The translations under genes were made by a program, and so were the position numbers. 64,000 nucleotides of DNA from Raillietiella orientalis (Eukaryota). The DNA is taken from contig JAYWIR010000003.1 of NCBI GenBank assembly GCA_036172245.1, positions 2,108,001-2,172,000 of the forward strand, read 5' to 3'. Shown piece after piece: positions 26,422 to 37,480 of the stretch. A model generated the notes under the pieces. That model had not been told where the DNA came from, searched no databases, and worked only from the letters and a program-made list of their open reading frames with translations. Position 1 is the stretch's first letter; the number at the start of each line of letters is the position of its first letter.

Positions 26422-27404
26422 ACTCGAGCATTTGCCCGAGTCTGAAGACATCGGCTGCTGATACGCAAAGGGAACGGTGCGGTCAATAAGTGAGAAAGTC
26501 CACTCCCTGGATCGCAGTCACCTTCCCCTCGCCGCCTCTCGGTCCCTCTTTTCTCGAAGCCCCTGAACTTGTGTGAAGAGTTGAGGACCGCCTGGTCACC
26601 TCGCAGACCTCGTCTCTTCTCATACTTCCTCTTCAGGAGAGGTCGACCCACTTCTCGTCCTCACCCAGAAGCACATTTTCTATCCTCCTCCCCCCCTCCA
26701 CACACCCTCTGTCCCCACGTTTCCTTTCTCCATCGTCTGCAGAAGACTCTCGCCTGCCTCCTCCTCTGGCAGCATCCCCGATCCGCCGCATCCAGGAGCC
26801 AGAATGGGAGGCGAAAGCGGGAAAGCTGAAGACAGCTGCAAAGGGAGTGAAGAGCATGGAGCTGGGGGAGGGAAAGGGCATCGAGGTCAACTGAATTGGG
26901 GGATGCGCGCATAAGCCCTCTGGTCTGCGGCGTCCCAGAAGGCAAGAACTGGCCAGGGGCCTAATGAGGAGCCTCTTGCAAAGGCGCGCGGTGGAGAGGA
27001 GTCTCACGCGGTACTGCGTCCGGGGAAGACAAAGTGGGTCCTTTAGGCAACACCACCCACCCCTACGCAGAAAGGAGGAAAGGCGCGAGGTCTGCTTTGC
27101 TTCCACCCACCCTCTCCGCCTCCCAGTTCTCATGGAGGAGCCGGCGTGTCGGAGGAGGTCCTTCATCCATTTCCATGGAGAGGCGACGCCATTCATGGGT
27201 ACAGAGAGGGGAAGGGTGAGTGCTTCTTCGGGAGACCCCGAGGCTTCGAATGTGAAGCATCCTCTGCCCTTCGCACTCGCGCCCACCACCCACTGCTCCT
27301 CTCTCTAACCTCCTGCGTGGCGCACGCCTACAGTCCCGGTTCCTCCGCTCCTCCTGCGGGAGGGAGAGCGGTCACACCGCTACCACCGCAGCAGCTGCAG
27401 CAGA

Positions 27405-27710
27405 ATGGAAAAAGGAAGAAAAGGATAAGAAAGGGAGAAGAAGGGGGAGGAGAGGAAGAAAGGAAGAAGAAGGGGGAGGAGAGGAAGAAAGGAAGAAGAA
27501 GGAGGAAGAGGAAGGGCAAAGGGAGAGGAAAAGAGGAAGAGGAAGAATGAGCAGTAAGACGAAGAGGAGAAAGAAGGGAGCAAAGAGGGAGGAAGATGAA
27601 GCAGAAGAAGAAGGAAGGAAGAATGAAGGAGGAAGAGGGGGAGAAGGGGGAGCAAAAGGAAGGAAAGAAAAGCAGAGGATGGGAGGAGGGGAATGAAACG
27701 AAAGAGATGA
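27405..27710 (+). repeat. Polypurine (GA-rich) low-complexity tract upstream of Dfd
   Basis: ~300 bp composed almost entirely of A/G (GAA/GAG/GGA runs). Confidence 0.9.
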
Positions 27711-27890
27711 GCGCCTCCCCTACCTACCCTATGCTGTCCGCGTGCTGCGCCCGGTCCCTGACCATTCGCTCTCGCTGCGGGAGTCGCGGCGGCGGCGGAG
27801 GTCAAAGGAGCTCCTGTCCTTGCGGCGCGCGCGCGTGCGTGTGCTCGAGTCCCGCCGCCGCCGCCGCCGCCACCGCCTCCTCCGCCTGCA

Positions 27891-27916
27891 ATTGGTCGCT
27901 CCTGGCCATCACGTGA
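27891..27916 (+). promoter_or_regulatory. Dfd promoter-proximal module: inverted CCAAT box + palindromic E-box
   Basis: ATTGG at 27891-27895 and TCACGTGA at 27909-27916, ~105 bp upstream of the ATG in a CpG-rich stretch with a (CCG)n run. Confidence 0.55.
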
Positions 27917-28019
27917 CGATCCGCCCCGCGCTGTGGGCGTGTCCGGGGGAAGCCGCGAGCTGCTCGGCGGCGGGGCTGCAGCCGTCGCCCCCATTCGCCG
28001 CGGCGGATTGACTGGTCGC

Positions 28020-28755
28020 ATGAGCTCCTTCCTGGCGGGTCCCGGGGCCTTCGTGGACCCCAAGTTCCCTCCCGACGAGGAGTACTCCCAGAACAGCTAC
28101 ATCCCGTCCCATGGCAACGAGTACTACGGCCCCCACTACGGGAGCTACGCGGGCGCCGTGCTCTACGCCCGGGCCGCTGAGCCCGTTCCCTACGTCCCGC
28201 CGCCGCAGGGGCCGCCGGCCCACGCCGCCGCCGCTGCCTACTTCCAGCAGCAGCAGCAGCAGGCTCCCTGCCCGCCCGCATCGACCCTGCCCCCCGGACA
28301 TGCCCTCCCCAACCCGGGCCACGGAGGCGGCGGTGGTGGGCCAGGACCCGGACTGCTGCCCGGAGGCCTCCAGCACCACCACCACCATCACCACCATCAC
28401 CATCACCAGCAGCAACAGCAGCAGCACCTCTCCCGCCAGGGATCGTCGCCTCCCGAGAGCTCCCCGCCCCCCCAGTACGTCCCGAATGGCGCCGGGATGG
28501 CGGCGCCCCTCGGTGGCGGCCTCCCGGTGGCTCCTCCCTGCCCGCCGCCTCCCACGCACGGGGCGCAGTGCCTGCCCCCCTCCTCGGACCTCTCCCTGCA
28601 CCATCACCGCCACCGACCGCCGCCCCCGCCGCCGCCCCCCGTCGAACTCAACCACAGCGAAGGAAACGCCTCCGAGGGCAGCGACGCCAGCGACGGCGGG
28701 GGGCCGCACCCGGTCATCTATCCCTGGATGAAGAAGCTGCACGTCGCGGCCCTCG
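28020..28755 (+). CDS. Dfd: Deformed/Hox4 homeobox transcription factor, coding exon 1
   Basis: The ATG at 28020 opens MSSFLAGPGAFVDPKFPPDEEYSQNSYIP, the Hox4/Dfd N-terminal motif. A His/Gln/Pro-rich middle is followed by VIYPWMKKLHVAAL (YPWM hexapeptide) and then a canonical donor G|GTGAGT at 28755/28756 (phase 1). Confidence 0.97.
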
Positions 28756-29484
28756 GTGAGTGCCCCGAGGGGGGAGGTCGAGGAAAAAGCGCGAGAGAGG
28801 GGGACACATCGCGACCTCTAAAATTCGGGAAACCTAACGGGGCGCAGTAGACGCTGCTGAGCACGACCGAATCTCCGAGGCGACCCCTGCCGGGGTGCCC
28901 GGAGGGACACTCTCCACCCCTCGAAGGCACCAGGGAAGAATGAAGGGGATGCTGGAACGCGCACGTAGCCTCGCGGGGCCGCCACTCGACCCAAGAGGGA
29001 CGGGAGCTCCCGTTGCCCGGAGACGGGAGGGCAAGGGGGCGAAGAAGAAAATGAAGAGGAGGGGGGAGGATGTTGTGGTCTCCTTGGGTCCTCCGGATGC
29101 GGGTAGTCTGGATATTTCCTCTCATCGTAGGGGGGCGGGGTCACTTCTGAGAGGGAGCGGAACGGTGCATGGGAGCGCCGGGAGGGATCTTTCCATCTCC
29201 CAGGAGGCCGGTCCTCGTCTCCTTCTCTCAAGGAAGGATGCGAGGAGACAACGTCCGAGAAAGCTCTCCGAGGCTCCAGGGTGCCGGCATCCAGTCCCCC
29301 CATCCCCCGCAGACCCAGTCCCGCGCTCCCTGAGGCTCGCGAGCAGGGACGAGCGGTGCTGCCTCCGGCGGCCGCTGGTGGAATTCTCCCTGCGCTAAAG
29401 TGCGCCTTCGGGCATGGGGCAACGCGCACCCTGTCGCCTCGGGGGCTTCGCGGAGGGCCCGAGCGGCGCCAGAGGGGAACTCAG

Positions 29485-29850
29485 CTTCCCACTCTTTTTT
29501 CTCTCCTCCTCTTCGCCTTTTACCCCTTCTTGCCCCTGCCACCCCTTTCGTCTTCCCTTCCCTCTGCCCCTTCCCCTTTCTCATCCTTCTTTTTATCTTT
29601 GCCGTCTTCTTCCTCACCACTCCCTCTACTTCCTTTCCTCCTCCCCCTCTTCTGACTCTTTCTCCACATCTTCGTCCTCGCTTTCCTTTTCTAGGATTCC
29701 TTCCCCACTTCTTCCATTCCCCCTTTGTTTCTCCTCCCCCCTTCCTCCTTTTCCATGGACTGCTCCTCCATTCCTCCTTTCCCTTTCTGCTTCCTCCCCT
29801 CCACGCTTGCCCTGCAGCGAGCGGCGACCTCTCCTGCCTCCCCTTCTCTG
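29485..29850 (+). repeat. Polypyrimidine (CT-rich) low-complexity tract in Dfd intron
   Basis: ~360 bp dominated by C/T. Confidence 0.88.
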
Positions 29851-30959
29851 CCACCAAAGGGAAGGCTGTTTGTGGAAAAGGAATGGGTGCGGAGACTCGG
29901 AACGCGTTTCCAGCCGCCAATACCCCACCTCCCCCCTCGCCCGAAGGTCCACGGGAGCGCGAGTTGTGTGTGTGCATGGCGGGGGAGGGCTCGAGGGTGC
30001 CACAGGCGCGGTCTCGCAGGGTCGTCCCGCTGCGACCGGTCCAGGGGGCGTCTCGCGGACGAAGGAGGACGGGTGGGGCGGTCCGTTGGAGCGGGGAACG
30101 CACGCGGCGACCACGGGCGCGGGGGCTCTCGGCGCGCTCACGTGTTGCTCCATGATTGATTTTTCCTCCGGATGGGGAGGGAAGAAAGAAATTGGCTCCC
30201 GAAGGAAAACACGCCGGGGGAGGATTGATGAGATAATTGCTTTGCCTCCGACAACTTGGCCCGGCGGCCTGTGTTTTCCGGTCGGGAACACGTGCGCGCC
30301 CGCACTCGTGCGGGGGTGGCAGGGAGCGAGGCGGAGGGGGAAGACAGTCCTTCTCCCCTCCCTTCCTTATCCGGTAGCACCGGAGCAGCGTCCCAGCAAA
30401 AGGTCCGAGTCTGCCCTCCCGGTCGCGGAAGCGTGAACACCCCGCGCGCCCCGGTGTTCCTGCCCCGTCCCAACAGCCGCCGGCTCTTCTGCTGTCTAGG
30501 AGGCGGTGCGGAAGGCGGAAGAGGGGAGGAGGTGGTGCACGCGCGCGCGCACAGCATTCCCCTCCCTCCGCTCCCCTCCGTTCCCCTTGCGCGGCGACTT
30601 CCTGCAGTCTCCCGGGAAACGCGAATTTCTGGCCGAAAAGGAGGAACCCAAACGCTCCGCGTGCGTCTCCCAGGCAACCCGCACGTGCGCGCGCGCGCGT
30701 CAGGGAGCATCCGGGCTTTTTTTTTTTTGCAGTTCCGCAGCCGCGGCGCATTCGCGGTGGTGCCCCGGCGCCGCCGACGTTCCCGAAATGTCAAAACACG
30801 CGAAACGAGGCGATCCGTCTTATACGCCCGCTCGCGGGGACGGCGCCGGCAGGCCAGTCTACCCCCTTTCTCCCTCCCTCTTCCGGCAGCTCTTCTGAGA
30901 GTCCTCATCCTCCAGTCGCTCACTCCGAGCGGCCCGGCGTTGCCGGCCGTTCAGCGAAA

Positions 30960-31355
30960 AATCCTCCCCTTCATTGCACAACCTCTCCTCTTCTCCCTGT
31001 TCTTTCTTTTTCTTATCTACGCCTCTTCCCCCTTCTCCTTCCTTCTTCTTCCTCCTCCCCTCTATTTCTTCTGCCTCCTTTCCTTCTCCTTCCCCCTTCC
31101 TCCACCACCTCACTTCCCATTTCCTCTTCTGCATGTCTTCTCCCACCCCTTCCATTTTATCCTTTAAGCCTCTTTTTCCTTCATCCCTCGCTACTCCCAT
31201 CGTTCCACCTCTTCCTACTTCTCTTCTTCCATTCCCCCTTCCTTCTTTCCATTTCCCCTACTCAACCTACTTCCCTCACTTCACATCCTCTTTTTCCCTT
31301 CACCCTCTATGTCTCTTCGCTGCCATAGCCTTCCGTCTTCTTTTCCGCTTTCCCA
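30960..31355 (+). repeat. Polypyrimidine (CT-rich) low-complexity tract in Dfd intron
   Basis: ~400 bp dominated by C/T. Confidence 0.88.
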
Positions 31356-31448
31356 TTCCACGGGGAGGGAACTCCCCTCCCCTGATCAATACCATTTGTA
31401 CTCTATAGGGACGCTGGCTAGCGGTCGGCAAAGTAGAGGTAGGAGGCT

Positions 31449-31594
31449 TTCCGGTTTGCCCGTTTGCTTGTGGCGCGTGCCGCACCTTCCGTGCCGTAGA
31501 CGGGTCCGGCACGCAAGGAGTCATCCTGGTGGTGGCTCACCGGGATCCTGGACTCTCCCTCGAGTCTGTTCCCCACCGTCACCCCAAGGTGGAC
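31449..31594 (+). repeat. 146-bp structured repeat, copy A (Dfd intron)
   Basis: Aligns ungapped to 34126-34271 with 5 substitutions and contains several hairpins. Confidence 0.93.
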
Positions 31595-32946
31595 GTCTCG
31601 CCTCCTGCCTCGCCTCGGAAGCTCCGAGTTACCTGAAAATGGGATCCTGTCCCATCAGTCTCCGTTGTCCAAGCCCAGGGATGTTGGGTGGGAAGAACGA
31701 GTGGTAGGGCGGGAGAGAAGCTGGGGTTTTCGCCGGCGCGCGTGCAGGGGGATACGGGAGGCTGGGGATATTCGGGGAGGTCCCCTGCCCCTGGGAACAG
31801 CTTGACCACGTTGTAATGCCGTGTTTTCCTTCTTCTCTTTCCAGCTCCCGAGAACCCGTGCGTGGGACTCCAGACAGGTAAGATGCAGTCTCTGCTCTCG
31901 CCCAACCCTGAGTTGTCCGCGCCGTCACGCGTCCACCGCCAGTTCGGTTCGTTGCTCCGCAACTCGTCAAGTCGCGCGCACCCCCTGAAGACGGCGACTC
32001 GAGGGGGGCTCCCGGCACATTTCCTTCGCCTCTCACTCGCACGAGAGGGAGCGCTCCTGCTCCGGTTGGCCATTCCCGGCGCATCCCTCCAGCTCTCAGT
32101 CACGTCACGCGATTCTGGGATGGCAACGTTTCTCTTTGTGCAGCGTGATCCCTTCCCCTTCCCCCGGGTTTCCGAATCAGGAGCGGCTAAGGGGCCAGAA
32201 AGGAAAAAAAAGAAAGCAAGGAAAAAAGGGAGGGAGGAATTCCTCGCCGCGCGCGCGTCGCTTGGCAACGGATTTTTCCCCTCTGCCTGAGACCGCTCAG
32301 GCGTTTTTTTCCCCGGGATCTCGCGCCCGTCCACAGTAGCATCCATAAGGAAAGAGAGCCTGCTCTCCCGATCTGGAGGAGGTTCCACAGAGACCCAAGA
32401 AGGCTCCCTCTCTCCCTACGCCCACTGTGCCTCGAACGCTCGCGCCCGCTAGCGGCGCCTCAATTACAGCGTCAAACTGGCTGCCAGGAACGGGGTTGCT
32501 CGCGATAGAATCCCCAGGTTTTAATTACTCTCAGCAGCAGTAACGCGGGAGTGATTTCGGGAACATTGCTCTTTTCTCTCCCTCCCTGCCTCTCTCCAAG
32601 GGGGGAAGGCGAGGGAGGAAAGGAGCGGCGCTTCGCCGCTCTTCACGTTTGGTTCCCTGCTGAGCCGATGGGCAAACCGAGGGATTCGCGAGTTCCGTTG
32701 GATGGCTCTCCCGGAAGTCGCATGGCCACTTGCTGGCTGGAGCGCGAACGGGAAACGAGGCAGCACATCTCTCCGTGGCTGTGCAGTGGCCTTCGAATCC
32801 TCCTCGGTACCCTCGCCTCCCGTGGACCGCCCTCGCGACGGGGTCTCTATGCAGAAGACACAAAGTTCCCCAGGGCAGATTTCGGCCTCGGACCCTCTCG
32901 TCCCGAGGAAGTGTGGAAGTGTCCACGCGCACCAAGGCCAAGGGTG

Positions 32947-33022
32947 GAGGAAAACGGACCACGTAGCTTTCGAAGCGAACCGAATAGAGGAACGTGACGG
33001 GTTCACGAAGAAGAAATCTTTC
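32947..33022 (+). repeat. Degenerate duplicated segment (partner 34909-34985)
   Basis: Shares the exact 19-mer GCTTTCGAAGCGAACCGAA (32966 and 34928), plus TCACGAAGAA and flanking similarity. Confidence 0.75.
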
Positions 33023-34125
33023 GCGCGTCAGGCGGACAGCAGAGGGCAGGCGGCTGTATTCCCGCATGCTCCCAGCATCTGCCGGTGCGCTTCCAGAGCA
33101 GCTCCATCACCCTACCCGGTCTTTTCCATTCAGATCTTCCAGGAGTGGCAGAAAAGCACCTTCCACGTCGCCGTTCGAGCTTCGGGTCTCGGCAGAACAG
33201 ACCTTCCCTTAGGGCGAGCCCTTGCTTAAAGGAGACGCTGACCTGCAGCGACCGCAACGCCCTGCAGGAACGATTCTTTCCTCCCGATCGCGTTCGCTGC
33301 TCGGTTCCGTCTTCCTCCTGCGAAAATAGGGAGCATGCTTCCCCCATCCCATGCCATGACGTTCCTCAAGATTTTATTTTACCTTATTTTTAGTAAACGC
33401 GACGTCTTGTCGGACCGACACGAGGACGAGTTTTATTGGTAAGCATCTTGGTCGAGTGATCGAGTGACACACATCCTTTCCATGGAAGCTGATCTTTGGT
33501 ACTGTGAAAGTGCAGCTTTTTGTTTTCTTTTTTTATCACCTGTACCTATAGATCGATTTTTTTTCTTCCTTTCTTTTTCCGTTGACCATCAAAGATAGGG
33601 AGAGGAGACGGTCGGATGCGGAGGGAAAACCCACGCTCACGTGATGCGCCGACTTGCACCGGAGAAACTTGCTGAAACGAACGGCAAAGCTCACGGGACT
33701 GCTGCCTTCAAATTCCGATTTTCGGCCCTTCTTCCTCGTGGGAGAATTTTCTTTCGTCTCGTGGTCGCGCCAATGGTCCTCGTGAGACCACGCGAAGAAT
33801 CACTTCCTGTCTTTTCCACCATCCAGGATCGAAAGCATCATGCTGGAAGATGCATCGCGAAACCCGATGATCTGAGCGGATTTCGCGCGTCGATGTTGAC
33901 AGATGAAGCCGGTAGACGAATCTGCAGCGATTTTGATCAGCACACGGAGTGCGTTGGGATGATGGAAGATCGGTGGGCTCAACTGTCGCCGAACCGCGTT
34001 CCTTCCTCCTTCAGGAGCGCTCTCTCTCGGGTGCAGATAGCCAGTGTAATCGCGGAACGAATCCTCTTTTCGGCTTGCCCGTCCTCCACAGCCTTCATCA
34101 GATAACCTCAGCTTGTTTTTCCTGA

Positions 34126-34271
34126 TTCCGGTTCGCCCGTTTGCTTGTGGCGCGTGCCGCACCTTCCGTGCCGTAGACGGGTCCGGCACGCAAGGAGTCA
34201 TCCTGGTGGTGGCTCACCGGGATCCTGGACTCTCCCACGAGTTTGTTCCCCTCCGTCACCACAAGGTGGAC
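34126..34271 (+). repeat. 146-bp structured repeat, copy B (Dfd intron)
   Basis: Direct repeat of 31449-31594. Confidence 0.93.
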
Positions 34272-36511
34272 AGGAGGTTCGGCTTTTTCGAAGAGGCAGC
34301 GCGCATGCGTCATTCTCGCCTGTCTGACGCAAACTATCAGATAAGCGGGATCCCACGCTCTTGAGTGTTCAGATACCAGTGCTTCCTATCCAACTTACCG
34401 TTATTCAAGACTCCGTTCGAGGAGATCCTCAAGAAGGTACTTAAAAATCTTGACAGTCTATGCCACGATTAAAACAGGCTGCCAACAAGCTGGGTCGGAG
34501 GTCTCAGACGGAAGGCGATTCTTGTGTTGACTCCTGCTTGGTTTTCCCTTGTCTTCCACCCTCCGTTTTTGAAGGTGACGCTTTCTGCACCCGAAAAAAA
34601 AAGGCCATCTTTATCTGTCACATTTACATCAGATCGAATAAGAAGTAGCCCCATGACGACGGAGGAAGAAGATGGAATTGACCAAGGTTGATAGCTGAAA
34701 AAAGCGCCCTCGGATCCAGATTTTCCGCGTTGACGCTGCTAGCTGGAGGAATAGCTGAACTCCTTGAAAGAGATCGGATGCTTCTGCGGCGAGTTTCCTT
34801 AGATACGATCTCTGGAAACTTTCGAGACCTTTCCAATTATCCTAAGGAAGGAGAAATAAAGAGGAAGGAAGGAAGTCTCTACTTGTGCTCTGCATACCAA
34901 GAGCGAATGAGGAAGATAGGCCACGCGGCTTTCGAAGCGAACCGAACAAAAGAGCGCACCGGCCTCACGAAGAAAAAGGTCTTTCTAGAGAAGCAAAGAG
35001 GGTTTCTGATCTGGGAAAGGAGCAGAGGCTACTACAGTGCTGGCATTTCTGGAATGACCACTCGACGCCGCAAGCTCGTTTCCAAAGCTCGAAGTCCAAA
35101 GGGCATCCAGGATAAAGAAATAGCAACTCCAAGACTTTAGGTTGATGGCTGCGGTGTTGATGAGGGAAGGAAGACTAAAGAAGAGGAAGAAGAAGAAACA
35201 TTTATTATATTTGGAAGAAGGAAGAGGAAAGGCAAATAACCCTGGGAACAAATGGATGGTAAGTAAAACAGAAAAAACTGGAACAGCGACCTGCATTCCA
35301 CCATGATCTCCTTTCAAGGATCGAGTGCTGCCTCCGATTTGGCCGGTTTGGTTTCCACCGAGAGTTTGATAGTCGCGCGTGTGGGCGCTTTCTCCCCCTT
35401 CGATCATGTCGTCACACGTGCTTTATTCACTCGTAGGACATCGACAGAAAACCAAAGCAGGTGTACAGACGTGAGTGAAGACTCATACCGGTATATGTCA
35501 ACCAAAGAGCCTTGGTTCCTCATCCGAACTTCAAGCCCATCAAAGCAAATTTGGTCCCCTGACTCACAGACGGAGGGATTCGGCCTTTTATTCATCTGAA
35601 ATTACTGCTCTCTTCGGAATTCCTTCTTCCTTCCTCCTAAAGATCACTCGGTTGTATCATCCCGGGGACAATCTTACTCCATCGAAAAAACAATCATGAG
35701 TTCGGAAAAATCATTACGCCATTGCGAGAAAGACAGGACCGGAACTCCTGCCTTGGGCTACGAGCTGTTCGAAATTGCTCCGCCAGATCCGTTTCTCAAA
35801 GTATCGAAAAACTGACTCTGCGATGTACAAATGAGGAATGGTTCGGTGCTGACGTCCGGCTGACAAATTAAAATCGAAAAGAGGAAAAGGAGGGCAAAAA
35901 ATCCCACCAAAGATGCGATCCCGAAAACGCGAGAGAAGAACTCCACCGGCAACACTCGCGACAAGCAGGTTTAGATTAACCTGCGGCAATCACATCGAAA
36001 TGAAGCGATGCAGCGGTTAGCTGCAGCTCACACTCTCTTCAGCGCCAAAAACGTCATGGGTCAGTAATTGGGAGGTGAATAAGTGGAGCCATCTGAGCGG
36101 AACATCTCAAGCATTGAAGATGACTTCCACCCATCCGAAGACAAGCAGCTGTACGATAACATGGGAAACAGAACTTGCAAAAATATTCTCTGATGGAGAA
36201 CTGCATGCTCGCCTTCGGATAGGTCAAGGAGAGGGAACTGCAGAGACGGTCCATAATTCGAGTCTAGGAAGCTGCACAGCAGAGGTGAAATTAAAAAAAT
36301 GGATGGTAGAAAATCACAACCGTGAAAAAGAGGCGAAGGCACGCTCACAGCTGGCGGATGTGAGAACTCTAGCCAGAAATCTTGCATTTTCGATATGGAG
36401 CATCTCAAAGTGCCCACAAATGATGAAATTTTGTCTTGTAATAAGATGGAGTACGGGTCGCAGCGGTCCATGAAGCCAGAGAATGGGACGTGCAGGCGGA
36501 AGTTCTTTCAT

Positions 36512-37480
36512 TCCACGACTTGAACGCATCAGTCCCGAGCATTTTGAGAAAGCCGAGGGCAACGGGCCTGTGCAGATGGAGAGTGCGCTCGCGAAGCCCC
36601 GGCCGCAAGCAAGACGGGACCTCGGAAGCTGCCGTCAATCGGCGGGAAAGGAAAGCGTGGATCAGAGAGTCGGAGAAGCACGGAATGGCGAACGCACGAG
36701 CGCGAAGGCGGTCGAGATGGTACGAGGGCGTTGCGGCCACCTACTGGATTTGGAGCCTCCGAGAGACCGACTAAGCCTCCCAACTGGTTCGGGACAGCCA
36801 GCAGGCACCAAGCGGGGACGGCGTCATGTGCAGCGCGACTTTCGCGAGAAGGTGCACAGGCTTGGAGTGGGCGTCCGCGCTGCCAAAACCTTTGGCGAAG
36901 TTGACAAGTGCGCAGGGGACAGGGTGCGCGCTGGTGGTGGAGCCAGATATGACAGGAGGCAGAGCGGAAGTCGAGGAGTGGTGGCACGGAGGGTGGCTGC
37001 GAGAAGAAGCGAGCGAAGGCAAACCATGGTTGTCGTGGGGGAAGGTGGGTTCGGGAATAGGGCACTCGACGGAAAAGCGTGAGTCATTTTTGCATGTGAC
37101 GCGCTGCCCTTGCGAGGCACTCGGTGGGTGGTTGCTCTGGAGCAGCGTGTGTTTCATGTTCGTAAGCGTGACGGGTAGGTCTGTTTTGAATGCCTGTGGA
37201 ACAGGAGAGTGTGGAGTGACTGTTTGATGCATGCATTTTGTACGCAGAGGTCATCTCGCACGTGGTAGATTTGTGAAGGTTCCGTGCATCCGGGAAAGTC
37301 TTCAGCAGAGGAAACAACGTGCCGTGCACTAAAGTGTCATTTAGCTGAAGAGAGCTGTGAATATGTTTTCTCTGTTTCGACTCCCAGGAAATGCAACTGC
37401 AGTGGAAAAAGCAATCCCAAGATTTTTGAACACGATGGGAAATTGAATCTGCCCTGTTGATGTCTTCTAGACATGAAGAC
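36512..37480 (+). repeat. 969-bp dispersed repeat, copy 2 (inside Dfd intron)
   Basis: Matches copy 1 from TCCACGACTTGAACGCATC to CTAGACATGAAGAC. The flanks differ and no TSD or TIR is seen. Confidence 0.95.

Noticed and set aside
27933..28019. N-terminal extension of Dfd from the ORF-track start at 27933
   Set aside because: That start is a GTG. The conserved MSSFL motif marks the ATG at 28020 as the true start.
29228..30751. Long ORFs in the intron and elsewhere (507 aa here; 455 aa at 58891-60258; 323 aa at 52812-53783; 302 aa at 11882-12790)
   Set aside because: Low-complexity or GC-driven stop-codon scarcity. The translations are mostly Arg/Gly/Pro/Ser-rich with no domain or splice support.
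35071..35090. AAGCTCGTTTC resembling the miR-993-3p 5' end
   Set aside because: The match stops after ~11 nt, with no TACAGGTATCT and no miR-10-family 5' arm upstream.
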